DNA from: Trichinella spiralis
Lineage: Eukaryota
NCBI RefSeq assembly: GCF_000181795.1
Contig: NW_003526944.1
Location: 2,469,434-2,533,433, forward strand
Length of the DNA: 64,000 bases
Direction: 5' to 3'
The position numbers and the translations under genes are program-made. The notes beneath the pieces are model-generated. The model ran no database searches. It saw only the letters and a program-made list of their open reading frames with translations, and was not told the DNA's origin. Shown piece by piece: positions 51,644-64,000 of the stretch. Numbering within the stretch: the first letter of the stretch is position 1; each line of letters opens with the position of its first letter.

Positions 51644-54219
51644 TTAATATTCACAGTATATTTCATCAGAGCCGTCGGCACAGTCTTCGTTTCCGTCACA
51701 CCATTGTTTTCTAGGTACACTTTGTCGTTGATTTTCGCAAAGCAAAAATTGAGCACCTTGGCGTTCTAAAATACTGTTCAATGATTATTTTTTGTTTAAA
51801 AATTTTCACAGATTCAGAAAAGTGAAAGAATAAGTGAGGTTTATTTCATGAATGTTTTTTTTTCAAATTAATTATTTTTAGTGGAAACAAAGGGAAGAGA
51901 TGCACAAGAATTAGAAATAAACTTACTGCAATTCAGTTCGTCCTCTCCACCTTGGCAATCTTTAACCCCGTCGCAACGTTGGTTAGCATCGATACAGCTG
52001 TACTCATAGTTCGGATCTGATTTGTAGCAGTAAAATTTTCCCACGCCACAATCTGCAGTAAACAGAACTTTTAAGCACTGCTCATTTGTTATTCACTTTT
52101 ACTATAGGTAGGTGACACGTACATTCGCAGTATTTTTCATCTGCGTTGGAATTGTCGAAACAGTCGTCTGGCATTCCATTGCAACGTCGTTCCATAGGAA
52201 TGCAGGTTCCGCCAATTAGGCAGGGAAATTCATTGATTGAGCATGTTGCTGAAAAAAAAATTGAATATCAATTCTTTTCACTTCAACAGTATAGTATAGC
52301 ATAGTATAGTGGTTGTTTTCAAAATTGAACATTTCCAATATACTCACGGCAATTATTTTCATCTTCACCATCCGCACAGTCGACAATTCCATCACAACGT
52401 TTCGCGTACGGAATGCATTGCTGAGGTGCGGCGCAGCAGGCGTATTCGTCGGATAGGCATTGGTTTTTGATCGCTAAATTGTCGTCATCAGCAAAATTAT
52501 TCATATTCGATATTATTTGATCAATTTATCGCTTATCGTGATCACTCTTACTGCAATGCAAAACGTGGTCGTATTCCAAGCAGGATTTCACACTGTGACG
52601 ATAGTTGCAATTGACGGTGCTTTCGTCGAACACTTGGTCAGCACCGGCGCATCGACGGACGAATGTCGTCTGCAGGGAACATTGGAAGAATACACTCGAG
52701 CAAGACATATTTGCTATGAAATAATCCACACGTTTCAAGTTCAAGCTGGCCAGAACTTGTTCGTTGAATTCCAACGGATTGCAAAAATTTATCGGACTCT
52801 GTTCCAATGACAACATGTACGTGCTGGAATCATTATTAATTGACGAGCTCGGCTGATGGTAATATCCGGACGCTTTCAGCGGCTGTTGCAAGTCGTCCAC
52901 GTTCAACAATGGTGGTTCCATTTGATATTGGACAGGTCTTGTTTCAGGATTCACTATAGAATTTGTCCGATCTAAATAATTGATCATCTGCGTATGTTGA
53001 TGCTGTTGTTTGTCTTCCATTTCATTGACAGTTTTGAAATTGGCTGTCGGTGGCAGTTGCGTGCGCAAGATAAATGTCGGCGGTGTCGGCTTTGGTCTTG
53101 GCAGTTCAAACTGCGGTACGGGATATTGAAATTGTTTGGTCAATACTGGCCGAGGTGCTGGTGGTGGTGGTGGTGGTGATGGTGGCTGCATTGGTATTTT
53201 GGGTTTTTCGAAAAATAATCCCGACTGAGGATCAAACTGCTGGAACAAAGTTTCACTGGGTCGACTGTTCGGCATCATTGGCATTGCATTCGGCTGCGAA
53301 TTGACCATTGGCCATGGTCTGATGTTATTCGTTGGATATAGGCTGGGAATGAAATTCATTCCATTTTCGAATAAATTCTGATTTTGTAATTTGCCTTTAT
53401 CGACGCTGTAAGTTCTAGGCGGCGTTGGTCCATTTGGAGACGGATTGTGCATGTTATTCGATTGGATATTTTGCAAAAGTGACCAAAATGGATACGGCTG
53501 TAAGATTGGGAACTGAAATGGCATTTGGAAATTGTTCTTCTTCTGTTGTGAAGTGTAAAGATTGTTTTCTTGTTGAAGTTGAACTGGTGGTGGTGGTGGT
53601 GGTGGTGGTGGTGCTGCACCATCGGTCGATTGTTGTGACCACTGTTGTGATGGTTTTTCAATTGCGGATGTGGAAATTCGTTGATTGAAATTGCTTCTGT
53701 TTGAAAAGTTTTTCCACGCCGGTGTTTGGGGTGGTCCATTGGAATAGGGATTTTGCGGTTGTTCATTGAATTGAGCACGTTGTTGCAAAAATGGTGGCAT
53801 TACAAAGTACGGTTGATACTTGGGCAGTGCCGTTTTCGGTAACATCATTTTGGTCTGCATTGGATGTTGCGATTCTTGCAATTCTGGCAATTTTCTGACC
53901 GGCACTGGTGGAATGCCTGCTTTGGCCGCATTTTCTTGCGTTTCTGCAGCCGTGGCGCCTTTGTTGAAAATATTGGAAAAAAATGGTGGCACGAAAATTT
54001 GTGGTCTGTCATTTTGCACTAAATTGTGACGAATATCTTCCACCGAAGTTGGTGTGGAAGTTGCGTTCAACGTCGTGTCGTCTTTGTTAACTGAAAGAAG
54101 AGAAAAAATTTCGTTGTAATGATAATTTTAGGGGTTAAAAAATGATTTGTTCAATTGAACTTACCAGCCTCGGTTTGGTGAATTTTCAACAGTACAAGGA
54201 GTATAAGAAAATGCATCAT
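51644..54219 (-). CDS. Secreted protein with a long Pro/Gln/Asn-rich region, a chitin-binding type-2 (CBM14)-like domain and four LDL-receptor class A repeats (possibly LRX-1-like)
   Basis: Signal peptide MMHFLILLVLLKIHQTEA (ATG at 54219). A 1.54-kb exon ends in a 6-Cys module (C..CSSVFFQC..RRC..VFDESTVNC..C). LDLa repeats: CIPYAKRCDGIVDCADGEDENNC, CIPMERRCNG..DEKYC, CIDANQRCDGVKDCQGGEDELNC, WCDGNEDCADGSDEIYC. No TM segment. Confidence 0.85.
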
Positions 54220-57200
54220 CGTTCTGTTGTGCAGCAGAGATGGTGAAGGAAGTTGGTGGGCATTGCGTCGGCTTGGCCGCGCTTTGGATGGAACAAAGGG
54301 ACCGAACTAGCCGTGCTTCGCGGTGACTGTTGACTTTCCCAAAACTAACCCCCAGTAAACAACAAGCTTCGAAGTTACCAAAACCAAGCTGAACCTTTCT
54401 CTTTCTCTGACTTCTCCAACAGGTCACAGCTTGTTAATGCAACCGGTCGTCCACTTCGTGGCCCGATTTCTTCTCTTTCAACTAAATCCCGTGAAAAACT
54501 ATTCCAATTCAATTGAGCTTTAAACTACAGATTTAATGTCAATTTTCCGAAAATCAACAACTTCAAACATATATTATAATCGATGCGAAGTAGTGTTTTT
54601 TTTTTCACTGGTGAACTTTTTTTTGCTTCAGCTGTGAATGCAGAAGAAAGTAATTTTTATAAAAAAATTAATAATTTCATTTGTATAATTAATTTTTCCA
54701 AATTAATTCAAACTTAATTTACTGTTCAATCAAAGAAATATATTGCGAAATAGCTTTTCAAAGATACAAAAATATTTTCAACAAATAAAACACCTTCACT
54801 TTTATGCTATTTCGTAGTTTAGGTAATTTTTTTTCAAGAATAATCTTTGAATATTTTTAATAGACCAAAGCTTATTTTTGAATGGAATATCCTTTTAATA
54901 GCATAATTGATAGATGGTTTATAAATAAAAAGATGTATTTATAATTAATTAATCTAAAAATGGTTTTTAAAAACCATTCAAGTTGAGATGGCGAATGTAG
55001 TTGCAATTTTATACAAATAAATATACTAGAAAAATATTGAATTGAAGCAGCAAAAATTGAAATACGCATTTCAATAAATTTTTTTAATTTATAAAAGAAA
55101 AATGGAAAAAAGAAGAATTCTTTTACTTCGAACCTACAAATCAAAGTTACAGTAATCCCGACGGGTAATCATACTGTCAATTATTGTTGTTTGTTTTTCG
55201 ATTGATTTTTTTATTGTTTTTTTTGTTTGATTAGCAATGCCCAAACGCCGCGCAGTTTGTCGAGAGGACATTTGAAAGTTTTTTTTAAATATCAACAGCC
55301 GGCCGATGCGTAGATTGGATTCGATTTTCAATTGATGATTCCCAAGCGACGCCGGCTCTATTTGGGCTCTTTGAAATCATCCAGTCGACAATCAAGCTGA
55401 CACTTGAAAGGCCACGTGGAAAAGCCGCCGTTCAGCTGTGGAATCGTTTCAGCGAGGCGGATGATTTGTTTTATTTTTGTTTTTTCTTTTGCGTTTTTTT
55501 TGCTTTTTCATTGTTAAATTCGATTGCGCACAAATCCGTGCACATATTGTTCGACGCTTTTTGAGAATTTTTGCTTTGTTTGTTAGCAGCTTGCTGGCAA
55601 AAGTAGCGGTGGCGTATCTGCGCGTTTCGTTGCATGCCGGAGAATGGCTGCGACGCATTGATGATGATGATGATGATGATAGTGATAGTGATGTTGATTA
55701 GCAGCAATTTGATACGTTTTTGTTGCAGGATCGCTGACTTGTTACTTGGCGTTCGAGGTGCCGTCATCTAATTGCTTGCATTTACGAAGAAAATGTCGGC
55801 AATCTACTGTTGAAATTCCATTTTGTCATCTTTGAACCTGCCTTTCTTCGGTTTTTAGCTGTGTCCGTTTTTTTGTTATTTTTGAAGCCAGTTTTGTTAT
55901 TACGTCAGCGCAGCATTTTGAGCTTTCCAATCACGTTGGTTTGTCGTTGTTTTCTGGTTGACGTTGTTTGTTGCTACGTAAGGTAAGAGCGTTTGTCTGT
56001 TCGTTATTTTTATATAATTGAGCAATTTTACTGCGGCGATTTATAAATCGTTGAAAGTTGAATTTGATATTGCTTAATTTGTCTTTCGATGACATTTTCG
56101 GCAACTAGCAGTGTTTCGCTTATAATCTTCAATTACTAGCTGTGTTTTTGTTTCAGTTGGTATTTCTTGAAATAATATTTGTCATTTGTTTCGACGTTTC
56201 AATTTCAATTAATCATCATCGTCATTTCTTTTTGCCTTACGAAATTTGCTTTCGAACATTTGGTGAATAATAATAATAATCATTCGAGCAACTGGAACAG
56301 AGTTTCGCCTTTTTTTTCAAATGTACTTAAAGTTATACTTGAGTTAAGAATAGCCAGCCAACCAATTGACATAAAAAATGTTAATGAAAAAGTTTCAGCT
56401 AAATTGTTGAGCTTCATGTGTAAACAAATTTTTATAAATCTTCAATTGATCGTTGAACACGAACGTTTTGCTTTAATGATGTATTTTTGGTTGCTTGGTC
56501 GTGGTTGTACGAGCAGAATGCGTTTGCTCATTCGCTTTTGTTTATTGTTGTTGTTGCGTTGCCCAGCATTGCAATATAGCAACAATTTTTGAATAGCGTA
56601 GAGTCACTGTTGAAATGTGAAGCTGAAGCGGCAGCGTTCTTTTGCCATTGCGTATTGAAAACGACTTGTCTACAGCGTTTGCGCATTTTCATTCTGAAAC
56701 ACATTGCTTGTCTTGTAATAGAGCTGGTTTGTGACAAAAAGGAGACCGACTTTTAAGCGCTAGATTTGCTCTTGCCGTCTCGTCGCGATCGATTGGCTGA
56801 CCGTTTGGATAATTAAAATCTGGCTAGCATTGGTTGCTTGCGATTGCACTTGTGAAATTAGCGTCTTGAAGCTTTTCAGTTCGACATGTTTTGCGGCACT
56901 GCAGTCCATTCGCGGTTTCAGCAACCTGCTTCAAGTTGAAGGAGAGTCTCTTCTGCCTGTTCGACGGAGATTCCTTGGAGGGAGTCCTTACTGTATGATT
57001 TTCAAGCGCAATAACTCTTGACAGCGTACAGTTGTTCGACGTGGTTTAATTATTAATGGTGTCACATTTTGATTGATTGATTATTGTTGAAAGAAGCAGC
57101 ACTGTTGCCAAGATTTGTCGAGCGCATGCAAGCAACCAACATTGACTGATTTTTGTTTTCAAGAATTCGGTAGTTGTGTAAATTTTCATAATTTACTTGA

Positions 57201-58113
57201 AAAACAACCCCTTTTCATTGTCTTTATTTATATCTTGAAAAAGTGGTGGTCCGTGATAAATTGATATTTTTCTTATTGTAATTGAATTTCATCGTTGTAA
57301 TTTTTGATAATTTTGCAAGTGGAGTGAAAATAAATTTCGCAATAATTTGATGATTTTATAGGTTTTTTTTATTTTGTAAGGACAATAAGAGGAAGTTTTA
57401 ATTGTAGTTGAATTTTAGGTTTTCCATGATCAATTATTTGAGTTGTATCTTAATTATAGTGTAGTATTGTGTCGTTTCTTTTTGTATTCGATGAGCGATT
57501 TCATCTATCTGTTTGTATTTCCTGTTCCAGACTGGATGATATATGTTGATTCATCGGGTGACTCAGAAGCATGACTTTTACTGTTTGGTATATTTCAGTT
57601 AGTTTTTGTTGGAAAAAATTTTCATATGTCAACAGTAGTTGAGCTGATTCATTTCCAAAGTCTATCATTGTAACCATTTTTCCAGTTATATATATATTTG
57701 CTGATCAATTCGGTTGATTCAATGTTGCATCATTGACGGTGATCAGTGATAAAAATGTGATTTTCATTGAACAGTTGAGTGTAGTGCACAATCAGACAGA
57801 CAGGCACACTTATACTTGGACAGCGGTTGTTCCATTCTGGCTTTTAGTAGTCAGTATGCGCGTGTGATTGACATTCCGGTCTCGTTTGACCAAATTTCTC
57901 GTTGTCCACTTTTTGTCAAGCCCAAAGGGTGCTTTGGTTGTGCTCAGAATTGGCGTGCCTGTTGTCAAAAAAGCAACTTTGCATACATATATACATATAT
58001 ATAATTGTGTTTACTTATAATGAATTATTTCTGGAGAAATTTGTCGTTTGAAAATTCCCTAAATTTCAGTTCACTTTCCAAAGCGCACGCACACTAGTAT
58101 ATTGGAAATAATA

Positions 58114-59558
58114 ATGGACAACGTCAACGGTGCTCATGTTGGTGGTGGCGGTGGCGGTGGTGCTTCTTCAGCCCAGTTCAACAAATTCGACATCCAGTTC
58201 GACCGAGACCCTGCAACATACTACCCGGAAGATGATGTTGACGGCAGCGTGAAAATTTCGCTCAATCAGCCGCTTCGACTTGCCAATTTGCGCTTGGTAT
58301 TCCGCGGCCGTGCTAGGTTCGACAACATCCCGTCCAACAGTATCTCGATGTCTTATGGACGTACTGTGGCTGGCGACAGTGTCCAGCAGGGGGGTTCGAA
58401 AAATACAGGCGAAATGGTCTACTTTGACAAGGAAGTTGTTCTTGTCGACCGTTTGCCTGGAAAAGAGGATGCTGGTGAATTTGTCCTTCCCAGTGGCGAA
58501 CACAGCATACCGTTTACGTTTCCATTGCCGAAACGTCTGTTGAACAGCTTTGAAGGAAAATATGGTAATAAAATATGGAATTGAAAGCTTGGACAAATAG
58601 CACTAATAATAATGATTTTTTCTTTTTCTTTTTAAAGGTTCTATTCGCTATTATTGTCAGGCGATTATTTCACGAACTGGACGTCAAAATTATGTTACCG
58701 AAAGACCATTTACCGTGTTGAATCGTGATCCGTCGACCAAATTGAATTCAACTTGCACTGAACTGCTCAAACCGGCAGTGCACGAGGACAGCGAAAAAGT
58801 GTCGAATTGCTGCACCTCAGGAATGATTAGTTGTGAATTATATTTGCCGAAACGTCTGTACGTTCCGGGCGAGACGGTCAGTGCTACTTTGCAAATTGCG
58901 AACTCCAGTCGCAAGCCGTTGTCCAAAATTTGCGCCAAATTAATCCAACAAGAAACATACTATTCGACCAAATCTACCGATCCGAGTGAGTTATGATGAT
59001 TAATAATAATTATAATTATTATTATAATTAAAAAATATTCGACTAGAAGCAAAATTGGGTTGTGCTAGTCGCTGTGTAGTAACCAACGAAATGTCCAAGC
59101 AGATGAGCGGTCGTAGTAAGAAGAGTTTCCCGAATGAGGTTCTATTTCGCATCCCGGCTGTACCCGCTTCGTCTGATACTTGTCCAATTATGCACATCTC
59201 TTACGAGCTCGAATTGCAGTTCATTTTTTCTGGTCGTTCCAATCAGGTTCTGCTTGTTCAAGCACCGATCGAAATTGCTTCTCCATTTGAGATACAAGCC
59301 GTCGGCGATTGTAACAACGACAGCACCGATTGCAAAGATGGAATGAATTCTTCGAACAGTTGCAAAGCACTGTTGCCGGCGACAAGTAAAAATTTATTCG
59401 TTAATTTTAATTATTATTATTTTTGTTGTTTGGTTTTTGAAGAATCGATCAAATATGTCCAGTGTGCGTTCGGCTTGAGTTCGTTCGAATTGGCTGCCAA
59501 TCCGTCGCCAATGAATCGCATCGAATACGCACCGTTCTATCCAGTATTGAGCATCTGA
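58114..59558 (+). CDS. Alpha-arrestin (arrestin domain-containing protein)
   Basis: Arrestin-N domain (YYPEDDVDGSV..FRGRA..LPSGEHSIPFTFPLP..SFEGKYGSIRYYCQA), arrestin-C domain (LPKRLYVPGET..IANSS..IMHISYEL) and tail YAPFYPV. Confidence 0.92.
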
Positions 59559-62514
59559 TATCATTTTTCTTTCATATATCTCGGCGGCTGACCAGTTGGC
59601 ATCATGCCTAGTTGTTTTTTGGCATTTTGCTTGTTCGTTTTTTGATTGGTTTCCGTCCGCCTTGTGTGTCAAATAGCTACATCCGCACTCACACACTCAC
59701 GTAGCACAATTATTATATAGAAAGCAGCACATAGAGCAGGTGTTAAAAAAACTTTTTTTTTCATTTTCATCATTGATATTGTCTTTTTTTCGGTGGTGTT
59801 TGATTTAATGCTTCTATTATAATTTATTATAAAAATTTATTCGATTGTTTTCATTTATAATATTCTGTTTTTTTTTCTCGTTCTGTTCTTTTTCTCGTAG
59901 TGGTTTTTATGCACGTATTTAGTGAATAATGCCAGTTGATGAATCTGCTTGTTTCATTATTTCTTTTTTTATTTTGGGCAGTTGTGTTTTCAGTCAAACG
60001 TCTGTCTGTCTGTCTGTCTGTCTTTGTTGAAGACAATAATTTTTTATTCTGCTCTCACATACTTACTGCTGTTTGTACTGTTTTGAGGTATTTTCTTTTC
60101 CAATTTACATGCTGTTTCAAAGAAGGCTGGTATCACATGCATACATACAGTTGTACGTGTGTTGTAGCACTAGTAGTAATGTTGTAATTTTTCTTAGGCT
60201 ATAAATATATATATATAGCAGATGTCGATTGGAAAACTGCTCCATTTGAGACAGAATGTAAATCGACGTTCTTATTTGCTTATATTTTTTTATTTCTTTA
60301 TAGCTTTTTTTGGCAGCTTTTTCTCTCTTCCGGCTGATCTGTTCAGATGTTTTTTTTATTTTGAAAATTTTTAAAACCAAAAAAAAGAACAAAAGAAAAA
60401 TAATATTGGTATTGTTTTACGGTTTGCGTGACTAAGTAGTTTAAATTTGCTGCACAACAATGTTGTTGTAATTTGTTTGTCTCCATTATTGTTAAGATTT
60501 TAATATCTATCATTTTTGGTTTTGCTTTTTGAATTTTGAATATCTTTTTTGGTCTTTCCACATGTATTTTTGCTTGCGCGTTCAGCGAACGAAAAACAAA
60601 AACCTTCCCGGCTGATGAAGCAAGTAGTAAGTAAGTAGTAATTGGTTTGGAAAAGGTTTCCCCGTTGCGTCGTCTGTTTTAATTTGTCATCGGTGCTGAT
60701 TGAAAGTGACACTTTTGAAGTGCACTGCTGAGATGTCCAATCTATTGATTGGATGGGACATTTTTCAAATCAAAATATGCATGAAAAGCATTCATTATTT
60801 TTCTATTTTTTTTTGGACAGGATCCAAGGGTGGAATTTATTTATATTTTTTGTGCATTTTTTCTTTTATTTATTCAATGTTTTTTTATCACTTTAGAAAT
60901 GTTTGAGCTTTGTTGATGTTGCATTTTTGCAATAGAGAAATGTCGATGCGTACCGAGTAATAGTATTATTATGCATATTAGGTGGTTTGTTGCAAGCAAA
61001 CAAGAAGGCGCTTTGATTTAGCTTCTCTTTTGTTGCATCATTTTTGGAAAATGTTATTACCTTTTTTGTTGCCGTTGTCATCATTTCAACATGTTCGACA
61101 AGTTTGTTTGCTTCGCGAATCGAATATGCACACACCAATATGCTGGCGTGCAAAAAAAGTTACCATAAATTTTTTTCTATCTTTTTAACAATTTGTTAAC
61201 TACTTTAGTTCACTACAGTGAATCTGCGTAGTTGTGTGCAATGCAGTTTTCAGTTCATATTTATTTTTGAAAGATAATTTTGCTTTGCGCAATTGATGAA
61301 ATTGTCTAAAATTTGAAATTCTCAGAGAAAGGAATTCCAATTTTAATTGGCAAAAATGAGAGAGAGGGGGAGAGGGGTAGTTGGATTGTGTTGACAATTA
61401 TTATTTCTGTCATAATTTGAAAAACGTGAAATTGGTGCTGTCGGGTGTTATTCTGCATTGTGAAAGCGGAACCAGCCGTGCAATTGCAGCAGCCCTGCTG
61501 TAGGGATTTTTGAAAGGACGAAATTTTGTTCTCAACGCGTTCAATGTTCAAATGAAAAAGATAGATGAAACTGCTTTGAAAATTAGTGTCAGTCTGGCTG
61601 GTGGGACAGGTTTCTGTTTTTGTTTTTCGAATAACTTTATTCAGCAGCAACAACAACAACAGTAAAGCTTCATTGCCAACGTCTATGGTTTGTCCAAGAA
61701 CGACCTTGCCGAAAGCTGAAAAGGGAAAAAACCAATCATAAATAATAAGCCACGCGTCAGTTGGTCAAACCTGCTGCCTATTATTACTTACTGTGTTGTT
61801 ATTATTATTATTTTGCGTTTAATCTTTTCTAATCCGTCACGTCACAATTCACAAATCTACCAATTTCCCGTCAGAATTCTATTATTTGCTCGCCTCAATC
61901 AACAAATGACTCAACTGACGGAAATGGGCAGCTGAAAGCTAATTTCCGGTGTCGACGTTGACCAGAATGCGCATTTGTTGACAACATGTGAAAAAGCAAA
62001 CCCAACTGAAAATACCACTCCACATTGCAATTACGATTTCTGCCGCACAACTGAATCGTGAAATTTGAACTAAATCTTCAATAATATCAAAACAAATAAT
62101 ATACTCTTTTTTCTTTCATCGATCGTCCCTTCACCGTCGATTCAATAATGCTCGCACATGCTGCACACGCGAGTGGTTACAAATTCATTTGTCGTGAGCT
62201 AATGTTAATATTTTTTTTGTTTTACTCAATTCATAATGATTATTATTTTGAATATATTTGACTGACAATTTGAACTCTCAACGACCAATTTGTATAAATT
62301 CTTTTTTTTTTTCAACAAACAATTTTGAACTTATCAGCACTTATAATTATTAATTGTTCCATTTTTTGAAATAATTTTTAATTAAAATTTCACATTAATC
62401 AATTATTGAACAAGTTCATATTTTTGTATAATTAATACTTTAACATCAATATGTACCGTAATTATTACAGTACACATTTATATCAAAAGTGGAAATTAAT
62501 TGAGCAGTTTGAAA

Positions 62515-63489
62515 ATGCCCAGATCCAAAAGAGACAAAGAAGGTAAATATCACGTTCAATATTTGTAATTTTATTTTTTTCATTAAAAAATTTTTATTGT
62601 AATTTCAGTTTCATTAACTGTTGTTAAAAAGAAAGGAAGAGAAGGGAAAGAAAAGTTAGTCGATGAGGTGCGGCGTTGCATAGACGCGTACAAATCTATT
62701 TTAGTGTTTTCTGTGGAATCGTTTCGAACAGCTCAAATGAACCAAGTCAGGCATGTTTTCAAAGAAAACAGTCGGTGAGTGTTTATTCTGTTGTTATATT
62801 GAATGGTATTTTTGATTTTGTTCTGTCATGATAGATTTTTCTTCGGTCGTAACAAAGTATTGGCAATTGCTTTGGGAAGAATTCCATCCGAAGAGTACAG
62901 GGAAAATTTGTGCAAATTGAGTTCAATGCTGGTTGGTCAACGTGGACTGATGTTCTCCAATTTGTCTGTCGACGATGTAATAAGGTTCGCACAGCAGTGG
63001 AAATTGTGCACGCTTTTGCAGCTTTGCTTTGCAGAAATTTGAAAAAATTGGAGCAGCCAGAATTTGCGAGAAGCGGTAACAAAGCTACAGAGACGATCAC
63101 AATTCCAGCGGGTCCATTGGAACAGTTTCAGTTCACTATAGAACCACTGTTGCGAAAGTTGGGACTTCCTGTCACGTTGGAGAAGGGTAACATTTTTCCA
63201 TTTGTTGTCATTGATGTCTTTTTTATTATTCGACTTTATTAGGTGTTATTATAATGGAAAAAGATTTCGTCGTTTGTAAGAAAGATTGCGTATTGACTCC
63301 GGAACAGGCGAAAATTTTGGTAAATGTCATTTACTTGGAAACATTCGCTTTAATTAATATATTTGGCAATTTTAATTTTAGGAACTTTTTGGAATTAAGT
63401 TGGCAAAATTCAAGTTGAATCCAATTTTAGCATGGTACGATGACGGGACAGTGAGAAAGCTGTCAAAACAAAAAAAAGTTAAAAAATAA
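62515..63489 (+). CDS. MRTO4: mRNA turnover protein 4 (60S biogenesis factor, uL10 paralogue)
   Basis: MPRSKRDKEVSLTVVKKKG, SRFFFGRNKVLAIALGR, GQRGLMFSN, FARSGNKA, EPLLRKLGLP, LTPEQAKILELFG. Confidence 0.96.
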
Positions 63490-63720
63490 CTTTAAAACAA
63501 TTTGTTTTGTTCAATAAATATTTAATTCGTTGTATGAATTTAAAAATTTTGGTACGTATTTCGTTTTTCTTTTCAGTTGTTGAAACTTTTTTTTTCATTC
63601 AAACGCAAAATTTACATTACTCGTTTGTGTGTGTAATTGTGAACACATTTTCCGATAAGACTGAATTTCAAAATCGTTTATTTTTTTCTAATCTGAAACC
63701 TATGTTTAAATTCAATCGCA

Positions 63721-64000
63721 TTAATCAGTACGCATTTTCAAAATATGCTCTTCCACTCTGTCACCATGCAAAACGACCATTTGCACAGCATCTCCGGTGC
63801 TCTTCTCCCTTTCGATTGTTGAAATGAATGCGTCGTGCATCAGTTGTTGGGCGCGTTCTTTACTCAGTGGTTGTTTTGTCTGTTCGGGTTGTGTTTTCCA
63901 GCCAATCTGAAAACGTTTCCAGTAATTAATATCATTTTACAGTTTTCTGTTGCTTAAAGCTTAGCCATCAAATATTTCACATACCTGATTGTCAAAAAAC
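63721..64000 (-). CDS. PSMB1: Proteasome subunit beta type-1 (beta6/PBS-6), 3' end only
   Basis: Manual translation: ..FDNQ|IGWKTQPEQTKQPLSKERAQQLMHDAFISTIEREKSTGDAVQMVVLHGDRVEEHILKMRTD*, with an intron at 63907-63984. Aligns with the PSMB1 C-terminus (LDNQVGFKN..PLSLDRA..DVFISAAERDVYTGD..LRKD). Confidence 0.85.

Noticed and set aside
54888..54897. ATATCCTTTT motif, and a similar minus-strand one near 11552-11559
   Set aside because: Intergenic, with no flanking exon or branch site; expected by chance in AT-rich DNA.
55411..55420. CACGTG E-box upstream of the alpha-arrestin as a possible Mondo/Mlx element
   Set aside because: A single hexamer without the paired spacing of a ChoRE; too weak to call.
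1..64000. CRISPR arrays, rRNA, transposase or RT domains, conserved miRNAs
   Set aside because: None recognised by eye; the repeats present are simple microsatellites. An Rfam or RepeatModeler search would be needed to exclude divergent elements.

Overview
This is AT-rich eukaryotic DNA with many short introns and nematode-type genes. The gene style plus a retained U12-type intron best fit a clade I nematode such as Trichinella (inference). Gene order: DEG/ENaC exon 1 (-, runs off the left edge), tRNA-Sec (-), a decayed DEG/ENaC duplicate (-), Elongin A (+), CLIK/UNC-87-type calponin-repeat gene (-), eIF2A (+), ZP-domain membrane protein (-), sulfite oxidase (-), TMEM268-like (+), VPS52 (+), TAK1-like kinase (-), MARCH5 (-), nicastrin (+), TTC17 (-), about 6.8 kb with no recognisable gene, KCNQ channel (+), a secreted Pro/Gln-rich chitin-binding/LDLa protein (-), alpha-arrestin (+), MRTO4 (+), and the 3' end of proteasome beta-1 (-). 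The most notable signals are a consensus AT-AC minor-spliceosome intron in eIF2A, the tRNA-Sec gene with an upstream TATA, an HG-to-EG change in the DEG/ENaC gating motif, and a non-RD TAK1-like kinase lacking the usual tail. I found no convincing wholly new multi-gene system. CDS coordinates are gene spans including introns, assembled by eye; family calls come from recalled motifs, not database searches.
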